Positions 1 through 8,164 of a stretch of DNA of 41,312 nt are shown piece after piece. Source of the stretch: Myxococcota bacterium (GTDB lineage: Bacteria > Myxococcota > UBA4151); NCBI GenBank assembly GCA_040260805.1, contig JBDQPD010000020.1:1-41312 (forward strand), read 5' to 3'. Position numbers and translations under genes: made by a program. Numbering within the stretch: the first letter of the stretch is position 1; each line of letters opens with the position of its first letter. A model generated the notes under the pieces. That model searched no databases. It was not told the DNA's origin and worked only from the letters and a program-made list of their open reading frames with translations.

Positions 1-553
1 AAAAGAAGTCACCCATTTGGACCGGACGATGCAGGGATTTCTAGACTATGCTCGGCCGAGCAATCTTAGCCGAACGACCGTAGAACCGGCTACTTTCATG
101 GCTGCTGCCAAGCGGCTACTCGGTGAAAATATTGAGCTCGAGATGGGCGAAAACCTCACCCCAGTGTCTTTGGACCCAGATCGTATTTTGCAGGTCCTGA
201 GGAACCTAGTGCGAAACGCCAAGGAGGCTGCGCCTGAGCAACCGGTCGAGCTCGCGGGCTTGGATCGGGGCGATTATTTCGTCATGGAAGTCAGGGACCG
301 TGGACCGGGTATTCCCCGAGAACTACGCGACCAGATTTTCATTCCATTCGTCACCGACAAGTCGAGCGGAACCGGTTTGGGGCTTGCCATCTCGCAGCGC
401 ATCGTGAAGGACCATCGCGGGCGTTTAGAGCTTCGCCCGCGCGAGGGCGGCGGGACGGTGGCGCGACTCATGCTGCCGAGACTCGCCGGGAGCATTGAAG
501 AATCGAGCCCGCCTTCGGCAGCACCGAAGGCGGCAAAGGGAGATGATTCGTGA
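1..553 (+). CDS. Sensor histidine kinase, C-terminal part (HATPase_c); 5'-truncated by window edge
   Basis: Frame is open from position 2 (KEVTHLDRTMQGFLDYARP). N box QVLRNLVRNAKEA, G1 box VRDRGPGIP, F box IFIPFVTDK, G2 box GTGLGLAISQRIV. GTGA overlap with the downstream regulator. Confidence 0.93.
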   Translation, partial: KEVTHLDRTMQGFLDYARPSNLSRTTVEPATFMAAAKRLLGENIELEMGENLTPVSLDPDRILQVLRNLVRNAKEAAPEQPVELAGLDRGDYFVMEVRDRGPGIPRELRDQIFIPFVTDKSSGTGLGLAISQRIVKDHRGRLELRPREGGGTVARLMLPRLAGSIEESSPPSAAPKAAKGDDS

Positions 554-1923
554 GTAAAGACATCGAGCGCATTCTCGTCGTCGACGACGAGCCCAACCTT
601 CGAAAAGTATTGGATACGCTGCTCACGCGTTCCGGCTTTGAGGTGGAAACTGCGGGCGATGGCAAGGAGGGAATGAACGTCCTTCGAGGAGGCGGCATTG
701 ATCTGCTCATGACCGATATTCGCATGCCGCGGATGGATGGGCTGGAGTTGCTCAGCTGGTGCCGAACCGAACAACCTGATGTGCCGGTGATTGTCATCAC
801 CGCTCATGGCACCGTCGATACAGCCGTCCAAGCGATGAAAGACGGTGCTTTTGATTTCGTCACCAAGCCCTTTGACTCAGGACAGCTTGTACGCACGGTG
901 CGCAAAGCGCTCGATCAAGCCAAAGCCATGCGGAGTCTGCTTCATGCCGGCGCTGACCCCGCTCAGATCAAAATTTTAGGTAACTCAGATGCTGCGAATG
1001 AGCTGCGCAGTTGGATCGATAAGGTCGCAGACTTGCCGGCGAACATCCTCCTGCTCGGCGAGGCGGGTACCGGACACGAGGTCGTCGCCCAAGCGGTCCA
1101 TGAGGCCTCGGCACGGCGAGACGGTCCCTTCGTCAAAATCAACTGTGGTGCGATTCCCGATGACTGGGTGGAGAGTGAACTCTTCGGTCACGAAACGGAT
1201 GCGATCGCAGGAGCCGTGTCACCTCGACCAGGGCGCTTTGAACTAGCCGACGGCGGCACCCTCTTTCTCGATGAGATCGATAAGCTCCCCAAGTCCGCTC
1301 AATCCCGTATCGTTCAAGTGCTCGAAGAGAAGTCGGTGACTCGACTCGGCTCGCTGAACGCAAACCCTGTGGATTTACGTCTCATCGCAGGAAGCATGCA
1401 GGACCTTGAGGCGCTGGCTCGTAGCGGCGAGTTTCGTGAGGACCTCCTCTATGCGCTCAACGTTGCCAGCCATAAGCTCAGACCCTTGCGAGATCGACTC
1501 GAGGATCTGCTGACCTTTGTTCAGTATTATATCGCTCGGTTCAATGGCCACCTAGGACGCCACGTCGGTGGTGTCTCGCCCGAAGCCTTGAGCCGGCTCC
1601 TCGCCTACGCGTGGCCCGGAAATGTGCGTGAGCTTGAGAACGTGGTCGAGCGAGCGATGCTCTTTGCTGACGCCGACGAGTTGTCAGTTGCGCACCTGCC
1701 GGACTCGCTCGGCGATCATGATGACAGCCCGATCGGCAACTTTGACTCAGGGATGAAGTCGATTGTTCGACGAGCGACCGCTCGGATCGAGCGAGAGCTG
1801 ATCAAGCGGGCGCTCGATGAGAACCAGAACAACATTACTCACGCTGCAAAGCAGCTCAACAACAGCCGGAAGAGCCTGCAGACTAAAATGCGGGATCTGG
1901 GTCTTCGCGACCAGGAAGCGTAG
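550..1923 (+). CDS. NtrC/AtoC-family response regulator (REC - sigma54-activator-like AAA+ - Fis HTH) with degenerate ATPase and GAFTGA motifs
   Basis: REC motifs VVDDE, TDIRMP, ITAHG, VTKPF; AAA+ motifs PFVKINCGAIP, ESELFGH, GGTLFLDEI, WPGNVRELEN; C-terminal HTH NITHAAKQLNNSRKSL. Confidence 0.93.
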   Translation: MSKDIERILVVDDEPNLRKVLDTLLTRSGFEVETAGDGKEGMNVLRGGGIDLLMTDIRMPRMDGLELLSWCRTEQPDVPVIVITAHGTVDTAVQAMKDGAFDFVTKPFDSGQLVRTVRKALDQAKAMRSLLHAGADPAQIKILGNSDAANELRSWIDKVADLPANILLLGEAGTGHEVVAQAVHEASARRDGPFVKINCGAIPDDWVESELFGHETDAIAGAVSPRPGRFELADGGTLFLDEIDKLPKSAQSRIVQVLEEKSVTRLGSLNANPVDLRLIAGSMQDLEALARSGEFREDLLYALNVASHKLRPLRDRLEDLLTFVQYYIARFNGHLGRHVGGVSPEALSRLLAYAWPGNVRELENVVERAMLFADADELSVAHLPDSLGDHDDSPIGNFDSGMKSIVRRATARIERELIKRALDENQNNITHAAKQLNNSRKSLQTKMRDLGLRDQEA

Positions 1924-1971
1924 TTCCCTTAACGACGAGGTTGCGTCGAAGGCTGAGGTACCGGATACAGT

Positions 1972-3480
1972 ATGGACGAGAAGAAAGGACGCTCGATGCT
2001 CAACGTGGTTACCCGAATGGTTCCCCTCCTCGTGCTGGGTGCAACGAGCGCCCTCGCCGCGCCTACCTTTGTGGCGCCGCTGGAGCGTACGACCAATCTC
2101 GACCCACGCGACGGGGATGACCCGTTTGATAGTCGGATTGAGTTTGGATTTTACACCCGCGGCGAGAGCGCCACGATGGGTCAGCAAGGCGCTGCTGCGG
2201 ACGGTGTCGGCTTTGACGTCACTGAGGTCGCAAAATACACGAGCTCGATGCAGATCATCGAGCCAAGGCTTAAGATCAGCTTGTTTAGTCGTCTGATGCT
2301 CTATGTCGATCTACCCATCGTCTTGAACTGGGAGCAGACGTGGACGGCAACCAACGCCTACCGCAACGCCGACTTGATCTATGCAGGGCAGCCCAACGAC
2401 GACAGCATCGTCTACACCAACGGCGTCCCCGCTTCGACACGGACACCGAGCGCGTCCTTGCAACCTGGATTCAATGCCACCAACACGACCACTCGCTCAT
2501 CGAGCGTCGGTGATCTTCAGGTCGGCTTTGCCTTTGATATGCTCAGCGAAGTTGCAGACCCGTCGAAACCAACCTGGCATTGGCAGTTTAACGCTCAACT
2601 CCCGACGGGTGACGAGCGAAACTTGGTCTACGCAGGTCCTGATATCGCTGGCGAACAAGGCGGCACAGTCGGCGTCAATGCAACCTCCGGTAGCCCCGGC
2701 GGGGTGAGCGAAGGCTTGTACCGATTTACGACTCGGACGGTGCTGGCGCGCTGGGTGGGTAAGTTCCGGCCCTACTTCGCCATCGATTACAGCTTTGGTA
2801 TTCCGGCGACCGAGTCCTTTGATAGCCAGAACCTCTACGATGAGAGCTACGCCGCTGGCGACGGCTTCCTTCTGCCCAACAACCACTTAGCTCGTGACTG
2901 CACGGTGTCTGAGGGCATGGTCTTTGCGCGCTGCCGCAACAAGACCCAGGACATCAACGGTCAGAAGCGCTCGCTCGATTTCGGAGCGGGCATCAAGCCT
3001 CGCCACATTGGCGGGACCGAGTTTGGCGTCTCGACAGGCCTTTGGAGCAGTGGCGGCGCTGGTTCGAAAAGTTATCTCAAAGGCGACCTTTTGCTGCGCG
3101 GCGAGTACATATCAGAGGGTCGTGAGTTCAACCGGATGAGTGATCTCTTGGGGCGTCCGACGGCAGAAGAACAGTTCGCTCGCATCGGCATCAACGGCGG
3201 CTTACGGTTTGCGACCGCAGGCATGCTTGAAGCCAGATTGCTGGGGTCGATCGGACAAGAGACGAGCCACTACACGACCTTTGAAGACGTCGGCGACGCC
3301 GACAGCGGAGATCCCACCGATGCGGGCTTGGCCGATGGCGATGACCGACGAAATACGATCAATCAGTCCTACGAATACAGCCCCTACTTCCGCTGGTCGT
3401 TCGACGGCGTGGGCAACCGGTTCAAGCTGATGGACAACTCGTTCTACAGCGTCAGTTTCGACGTCCGGATCCGCTTCTAG
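1972..3480 (+). CDS. Exported protein, probable outer-membrane beta-barrel of unknown function
   Basis: Signal peptide ending GATSALA-AP; amphipathic aromatic-rich strands; C-terminus FYSVSFDVRIRF ends in Phe with alternating hydrophobic residues (beta-signal-like). Confidence 0.65.
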   Translation: MDEKKGRSMLNVVTRMVPLLVLGATSALAAPTFVAPLERTTNLDPRDGDDPFDSRIEFGFYTRGESATMGQQGAAADGVGFDVTEVAKYTSSMQIIEPRLKISLFSRLMLYVDLPIVLNWEQTWTATNAYRNADLIYAGQPNDDSIVYTNGVPASTRTPSASLQPGFNATNTTTRSSSVGDLQVGFAFDMLSEVADPSKPTWHWQFNAQLPTGDERNLVYAGPDIAGEQGGTVGVNATSGSPGGVSEGLYRFTTRTVLARWVGKFRPYFAIDYSFGIPATESFDSQNLYDESYAAGDGFLLPNNHLARDCTVSEGMVFARCRNKTQDINGQKRSLDFGAGIKPRHIGGTEFGVSTGLWSSGGAGSKSYLKGDLLLRGEYISEGREFNRMSDLLGRPTAEEQFARIGINGGLRFATAGMLEARLLGSIGQETSHYTTFEDVGDADSGDPTDAGLADGDDRRNTINQSYEYSPYFRWSFDGVGNRFKLMDNSFYSVSFDVRIRF

Positions 3481-3574
3481 GCGGTTTCGCTTACGTCAGT
3501 CGTCGTAAGGCGCATGACTTTGATTGCTCACGCCTCCCGAGCCGTCTATGGGGCGCTCTCTGAGCGGGTGAACT

Positions 3575-4807
3575 GTGGGTATTTTCAAATCGATATGGTC
3601 TAGTTTCGGCGACGACCGAGGGAAGCTCGCCAAGGTGGCGACGCGGGCGCTTCGCGGCGCACGCAGCGCAGTTCGTGAAGCCGATCGAGCCGGAGCGATC
3701 GATCACTACTGCAAAGCCATCCGCGCTCACCAAGAAAACAGCAACGCCTTAGCGGCTGCGCAGACCGCTAAAGAGGCCCTCGATGAGTACCCTGGCGAGC
3801 TGCGGGTCCTACGATTGATCAGCAGGATTTATGCTGCGAAAGGCGCGCACGCCGAAGATCAAGGCAGCAGCTTGTTGCTCCTCGCCGCAGCCGGTCACGA
3901 AGACGACGCTATTCCTGCGAATCCTGGCGAAGGCGAATCTGCTGCACGCATTGAGATCCCGAGAGATCGACTCGCCGTTTTGTCCCTGTTTCCTGAAACG
4001 GCATTTGAGCGACTGGTGTCAGGGAGCCGCTTCCACAAGCTTGAGCCGGGCAAAGCGCTCTTTGCTCCTGGTGGAATGGGCGCTTCCATCTTCTTGATCA
4101 CCGAGGGTGCGGTTCAGGTGCTAGAGACGATGCCTGATGGCCGCGAGGTCGAGACCGCTCGCGTGGGAGCTGGCGGTATCTGTGGTGTCTTTTCGTACAT
4201 GACCGGCCGACCTCGCTCAGCCCTAGTTCGCAGCCTAACCCAGCTCACAGCGCTTGAGATCCCAAGCCAAGTTCTCGATTACGAATGCGCTCAAGACGAA
4301 CGCTTCTCTAAGGTGCTGGCACGATTTTGCCGGGACCGGCTTTTGCTCAATCTGCTGAGTACTCTGCCGGGCTATCGCGATCTAAGGCACGATCAAAAAG
4401 CGAAGCTGCTGGGTCGTTTTCGCCTGCGAAATGCCGACCCCGGCGAGGAGATCATTGGACAAGGAGCGACTGAGCCCTTTCTAGGTTTGGTTGTTGATGG
4501 CTGCGTCCGCGTCGTCCACAAAGCCGGCTCATTCTCAACGGAAGCTGCGCTGCTCGAGGCTGGAGACTGTGTGGGCAATGTCGGCTCACCGCCAGCCAGT
4601 CCTGCCGAGGCGAGCGTCCTCGCCGGAGAGCTCGGCTGCAAAATCGCGATCTTACCTGCGCGTTTCACTAAAAACTTACGAGCGACGCATCCCTTGATCA
4701 GTGATCCTCGCCCAGAGCTCGCCTCTCGTGACCAGATCCTAGCGGGCGGCATCTTCTGCGCCACGGCAGCGATTCCCGCTGCGCTGGTTCCTGCAGCCTG
4801 GCGCTAA
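3575..4807 (+). CDS. Cyclic-nucleotide-binding-domain protein (N-terminal helical/TPR-like region plus two cNMP-like domains)
   Basis: GKALFAPGGMGASIFLITEGAVQV...GRPRSALVRS and GEEIIGQGATEPFLGLVVDGCVRV...AGDCVG match the CAP_ED pattern. GTG start. Confidence 0.8.
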   Translation: MGIFKSIWSSFGDDRGKLAKVATRALRGARSAVREADRAGAIDHYCKAIRAHQENSNALAAAQTAKEALDEYPGELRVLRLISRIYAAKGAHAEDQGSSLLLLAAAGHEDDAIPANPGEGESAARIEIPRDRLAVLSLFPETAFERLVSGSRFHKLEPGKALFAPGGMGASIFLITEGAVQVLETMPDGREVETARVGAGGICGVFSYMTGRPRSALVRSLTQLTALEIPSQVLDYECAQDERFSKVLARFCRDRLLLNLLSTLPGYRDLRHDQKAKLLGRFRLRNADPGEEIIGQGATEPFLGLVVDGCVRVVHKAGSFSTEAALLEAGDCVGNVGSPPASPAEASVLAGELGCKIAILPARFTKNLRATHPLISDPRPELASRDQILAGGIFCATAAIPAALVPAAWR

Positions 4808-4808
4808 C

Positions 4809-5084
4809 TCAGCGCGGCGGCTTGTAGTCCTTGGGGCGAAACGCCGCCAAGGCTTGGCGCATAATTCGACTTTTATTGGCGCCGCGCTGTCCGCTCTTCT
4901 TGAGCTTTGCGACCAACTCATTGAGATGCTGAATATCTTCCGGGTACAGACTAAAAGTTGCGAGCACGACATCTCGTGACGCCTTTTTCTTCGCCGGCTC
5001 AACTCGCTCCGCACTGCGCTCGCCGTAGAGAAGGTCTTCCGGTAAGGCTAAGGGGTTTCGACTGAGTTTAGGATCATCCGCCAT
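4809..5084 (-). CDS. Small basic protein with C-terminal ribbon-helix-helix-like domain; probable ParA partner
   Basis: VLATFSLYPEDIQHLNELVAKLK...NKSRIMRQAL fits beta-strand/helix/helix RHH; overlaps the end of the parA gene; GGAG-type RBS upstream. Confidence 0.65.
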   Translation of the reverse strand: MADDPKLSRNPLALPEDLLYGERSAERVEPAKKKASRDVVLATFSLYPEDIQHLNELVAKLKKSGQRGANKSRIMRQALAAFRPKDYKPPR

Positions 5085-6081
5085 CGCCCACTCTCCAATT
5101 GCGTTTGATCACCCACTTCACCAACGCTCGATAATCCTCGGCGCCCTTTGAGTTGGGTGCATCTTCAAAGACCGTCCGCGCACGCGATGGCGCCTCCGTA
5201 ATCCGCGTCGTCTGGCGAATAGCCGGGGCGACGCGTTCATCAAATCGCTCAACAAGCGCCTGATGGACCTGACGATCAATACGTCGTCGGCCATCGTACA
5301 TCGTTGGAACCAGACCGACGAGCTCGAGCTCATGATCTAACAGCTTACCGACATTGCGCATCGTCCGAACCACCTGCCGAACACCCACTAAGCTTAGATA
5401 ATCACATGAAACCGGGACCAAAATACCATCGGCTGCGCACAAGGCATTTTGATTCAAAAGACTCAAAGAGGGGCCGCAGTCGATGACGATTCGGTCATAG
5501 CTTTTGCGCGACTCAGTTAGCGCTTGTCTCAGAATACGGGAGCGGCCCTTCATCGTCGGTAACCGTAGATCGATCGCAGCCAATCCGGCATCGGCGGCGA
5601 GTAAATCTAGGTTCTCTCGGACCGGCGAGGTCAGATCATTGAGGGCTCGTCCCTCGAGCATCAAATGAAACAAGTTGCCCGGACTCGACGCATCTAAACT
5701 CGTGCCCACATTACCCTGCGCATCGGCATCGATCAGTAAAACACGTTCGCCAGCTTGAGCGAGTCCTACGGCGACATGAATTGCTGTCGTTGTTTTACCG
5801 GTGCCACCCTTTTGATTAACCACCGCCAGGCACAAGCCAGCTCGATCATCCATTCCGGCACAAGGTTTCGAGCAAAATGCCTCCTGCCCCTCAATCTGCC
5901 AAACGAACTCAGGTTCAAACTTCGCTGCGCAGACCGTACAGTCCACTTGTCCCTGGACCTCAGGAACACAGTGCGGATTGCACCAAGGTCCCTCTTCCCC
6001 GCCAGGACCGGTCGCTGTTTGGTATGCGAATCGCGGCTGAAATGCCCGTCCACATGAACGACAACGTAAACCGCCGCTCAT
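5074..6081 (-). CDS. ParA/Soj-family ATPase with two N-terminal CxxC...CxxxC (TRASH-like) metal-binding repeats
   Basis: Deviant Walker A NQKGGTGKTTT, LLIDADAQGN, IVIDCGPS, EAPS; ATGA overlap with the purA stop. Confidence 0.9.
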   Translation of the reverse strand: MSGGLRCRSCGRAFQPRFAYQTATGPGGEEGPWCNPHCVPEVQGQVDCTVCAAKFEPEFVWQIEGQEAFCSKPCAGMDDRAGLCLAVVNQKGGTGKTTTAIHVAVGLAQAGERVLLIDADAQGNVGTSLDASSPGNLFHLMLEGRALNDLTSPVRENLDLLAADAGLAAIDLRLPTMKGRSRILRQALTESRKSYDRIVIDCGPSLSLLNQNALCAADGILVPVSCDYLSLVGVRQVVRTMRNVGKLLDHELELVGLVPTMYDGRRRIDRQVHQALVERFDERVAPAIRQTTRITEAPSRARTVFEDAPNSKGAEDYRALVKWVIKRNWRVGDGG

Positions 6082-7400
6082 CGTCCCCCGCCGTGAAAAG
6101 GGTCGGAAATTTCCATGGTCTCTTCGCGATCAGGTCCCACACTCAACAGACACACGGGAACCCCGATAAAGGACTCAATTCGACGCACGTAGTTTTGGGC
6201 AGCCAAAGGCATTTGCTCAAAGGACTGATGACCACGCACCGTCTCATCACCCCAGCCATCAATCGCCTCATAGACCGGCTCAAGGTCGGCCATCGCATCA
6301 CTGCGAGCCGGAGGCGCATCGAGCGTTTCGCCGTGGTGCGTGTATGAGGTGCACAGCTTGAGCTCTTTGAGCCCATCCAAGACGTCCAGCTTGGTCAACG
6401 CCAACCCAGTAAGACCGTTGGCTCGAACCGCGGCTCGAACCGCGACCAGATCCAGCCAACCGCAGCGCCGCGGCCGACCCGTCGTTGCGCCGAACTCACC
6501 ACCGTTGGCGCGAAGCTCTTCGCCCAATGCGTCATGGAGTTCAGTCGGAAACGGCCCCTCACCGACACGCGTCGTGTACGCTTTACAAATGCCGACCACG
6601 CCATCGATTTGAGTCGGCCCAACCCCGGCGCCAGTGCACACGGCACCAGCGATACAGTTCGACGACGTCACGTAAGGATAGGTGCCGAGATCCACGTCGA
6701 GTAAGGTCCCTTGAGCGCCCTCGAAGAGAATATTCTCGCCTGCGCTGCGCGCCTCAAAGAGGAGCTTCGACGTGTCACAAATAAAGGGTAAAATGACGTC
6801 TGCCAGTGCCAGCTGGTGATCGATCATCTCATCGATCTCCGCGTCACTGTAGGGCTCACCGCCCAAGTCTTTCAGCAATCGATCGACTGCCTCGAAACGA
6901 CTCCGAGCGAGCTTCCTAAAACGGTCAGGGTCCAGCAGGTCGCACACTCGTAAGCCGCGACGCCCGACCTTGTCTTCATAGGTTGGACCGATGCCACGCC
7001 CGGTGGTTCCGATCTTCCCTGCCCCAGCTACCGACTCACGAGCCCGGTCCAGGCGGGAGAGATAAGGCAGGATCAGGTGGGCTCGGTCACTCACCGCAAG
7101 GCTGTTGGTGCCGTTGGCGGGGTCAATCAGTCCACGGTCCATGCAATTGCGAACCTCTCGGACCAAAACCTCAAGGTCGATCACCACACCGTTTCCGATC
7201 ACTGATCGGACACCGGGGTTCAAGACCCCGCTCGGCATCAGATGTAAAACAGTCGTTTCACCACCTACAACCAGCGTATGACCGGCGTTATTGCCGCCCT
7301 GAAATCGCACCACATTCTGCGATCTCGCAGCATAGCGGTCGACGACCTTACCCTTGCCTTCGTCGCCCCACTGGGCGCCGACAATTACAACTGAGCTCAT
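6078..7400 (-). CDS. purA: Adenylosuccinate synthetase
   Basis: GAQWGDEGKGK, RFQGGNNAGHT, IGTTGRGIGPTY, FEGAQG, EFGATTGRPRRCGWLD, TKLDVL. Confidence 0.99.
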   Translation of the reverse strand: MSSVVIVGAQWGDEGKGKVVDRYAARSQNVVRFQGGNNAGHTLVVGGETTVLHLMPSGVLNPGVRSVIGNGVVIDLEVLVREVRNCMDRGLIDPANGTNSLAVSDRAHLILPYLSRLDRARESVAGAGKIGTTGRGIGPTYEDKVGRRGLRVCDLLDPDRFRKLARSRFEAVDRLLKDLGGEPYSDAEIDEMIDHQLALADVILPFICDTSKLLFEARSAGENILFEGAQGTLLDVDLGTYPYVTSSNCIAGAVCTGAGVGPTQIDGVVGICKAYTTRVGEGPFPTELHDALGEELRANGGEFGATTGRPRRCGWLDLVAVRAAVRANGLTGLALTKLDVLDGLKELKLCTSYTHHGETLDAPPARSDAMADLEPVYEAIDGWGDETVRGHQSFEQMPLAAQNYVRRIESFIGVPVCLLSVGPDREETMEISDPFHGGGR

Positions 7401-7427
7401 GGTATTAGCCCTCAGGGCGCGGTCGAG

Positions 7428-7787
7428 CTATCGACCGTTTTTCAAGAAACTACCCAGCCGCTCTTCGAGCGCCACCAGGCGATTACGTAGCACATTCAAA
7501 CGATCGACATTGATGGTTCTCGTGTTGCCACTCATAGGATCGGTGTGCAGCCGGCGATGGATCGCGTCCAGACCAAAGCCCTGCGATGCCATCTCTTTGA
7601 TCTGAAAGATCAGCACCACATCATCTCGGCTGTAACGCCTCTGGCCTCGTCCTCCACGAACGGGTCGTAGTTGACTGAACTTCGTTTCCCAGAACCTGAG
7701 TTTTGAACTCGGGGTCTCCGTCAGCGTTGCGACTTCGCCAATGCGATAGAACTGCTGATTGCCTGGGAGTCGGTGATCATGGGTCAT
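7428..7787 (-). CDS. MerR-family HTH transcriptional regulator
   Basis: YRIGEVA...LRFWET.F..LRP...GQRRYS; the pheT-ihfA-merR order is a well-known conserved arrangement. Confidence 0.9.
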   Translation of the reverse strand: MTHDHRLPGNQQFYRIGEVATLTETPSSKLRFWETKFSQLRPVRGGRGQRRYSRDDVVLIFQIKEMASQGFGLDAIHRRLHTDPMSGNTRTINVDRLNVLRNRLVALEERLGSFLKNGR

Positions 7788-7790
7788 CGG

Positions 7791-8090
7791 TTAGTTCATC
7801 GCCACTCGAAGGTTCGGGCTGGGTCGGAACGTGACGACGCGTCGAGCAGAGATCACGACCTCTGAGCCACTCGAACGAGGGTTTCGACCTACTCGAGGCG
7901 CTTTGTCGCGCAGCTTGAAGGTTCCAAAGTTGGCAAGTTTCACGTGATGACCGCCAATCAGCGCATCACGAATCAGATCGATGAACGTCTCAACAGAGCG
8001 AGTCGCCTCGCGCTTGCTCAAGCCCGTACGCCGATGAACCACATCGATCAGATCGGCCTTTGTCATCGTATCGACACTGTCAGCGGTCAT
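7791..8090 (-). CDS. ihfA: Integration host factor subunit alpha
   Basis: MTKADL, VKLANFGTF, RVGRNPR, ISARRVVTFRPS; located directly after pheT. Confidence 0.9.
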   Translation of the reverse strand: MTADSVDTMTKADLIDVVHRRTGLSKREATRSVETFIDLIRDALIGGHHVKLANFGTFKLRDKAPRVGRNPRSSGSEVVISARRVVTFRPSPNLRVAMN

Positions 8091-8164
8091 GAAATCCCCT
8101 TACAAAATGCTTGGACCAGATGGCCCAAGTACTCTGATTTTTCACTCTATAATGCCCGTGGTTG

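Noticed and set aside
1924..1971. Possible sigma54 promoter downstream of the bEBP gene (TTGC present); also checked 3481-3574
   Set aside because: No GG at the required -24 position relative to the GC in either spacer.
4809..6081. ParA-RHH pair as evidence of an integrated plasmid or prophage
   Set aside because: No integrase, rep, att-like repeats or phage genes; the pair is coupled to purA within core genes.
7401..7427. tRNA-Pro that often follows ihfA-merR
   Set aside because: Only 27 bp separate merR and purA; no tRNA fits, and I saw no cloverleaf elsewhere in the window.
8126..8141. IHF-site-like sequence AATCAGAGTACTTG upstream of ihfA (minus strand)
   Set aside because: Spacing between WATCAR and TTR is 5 nt rather than the consensus 4.
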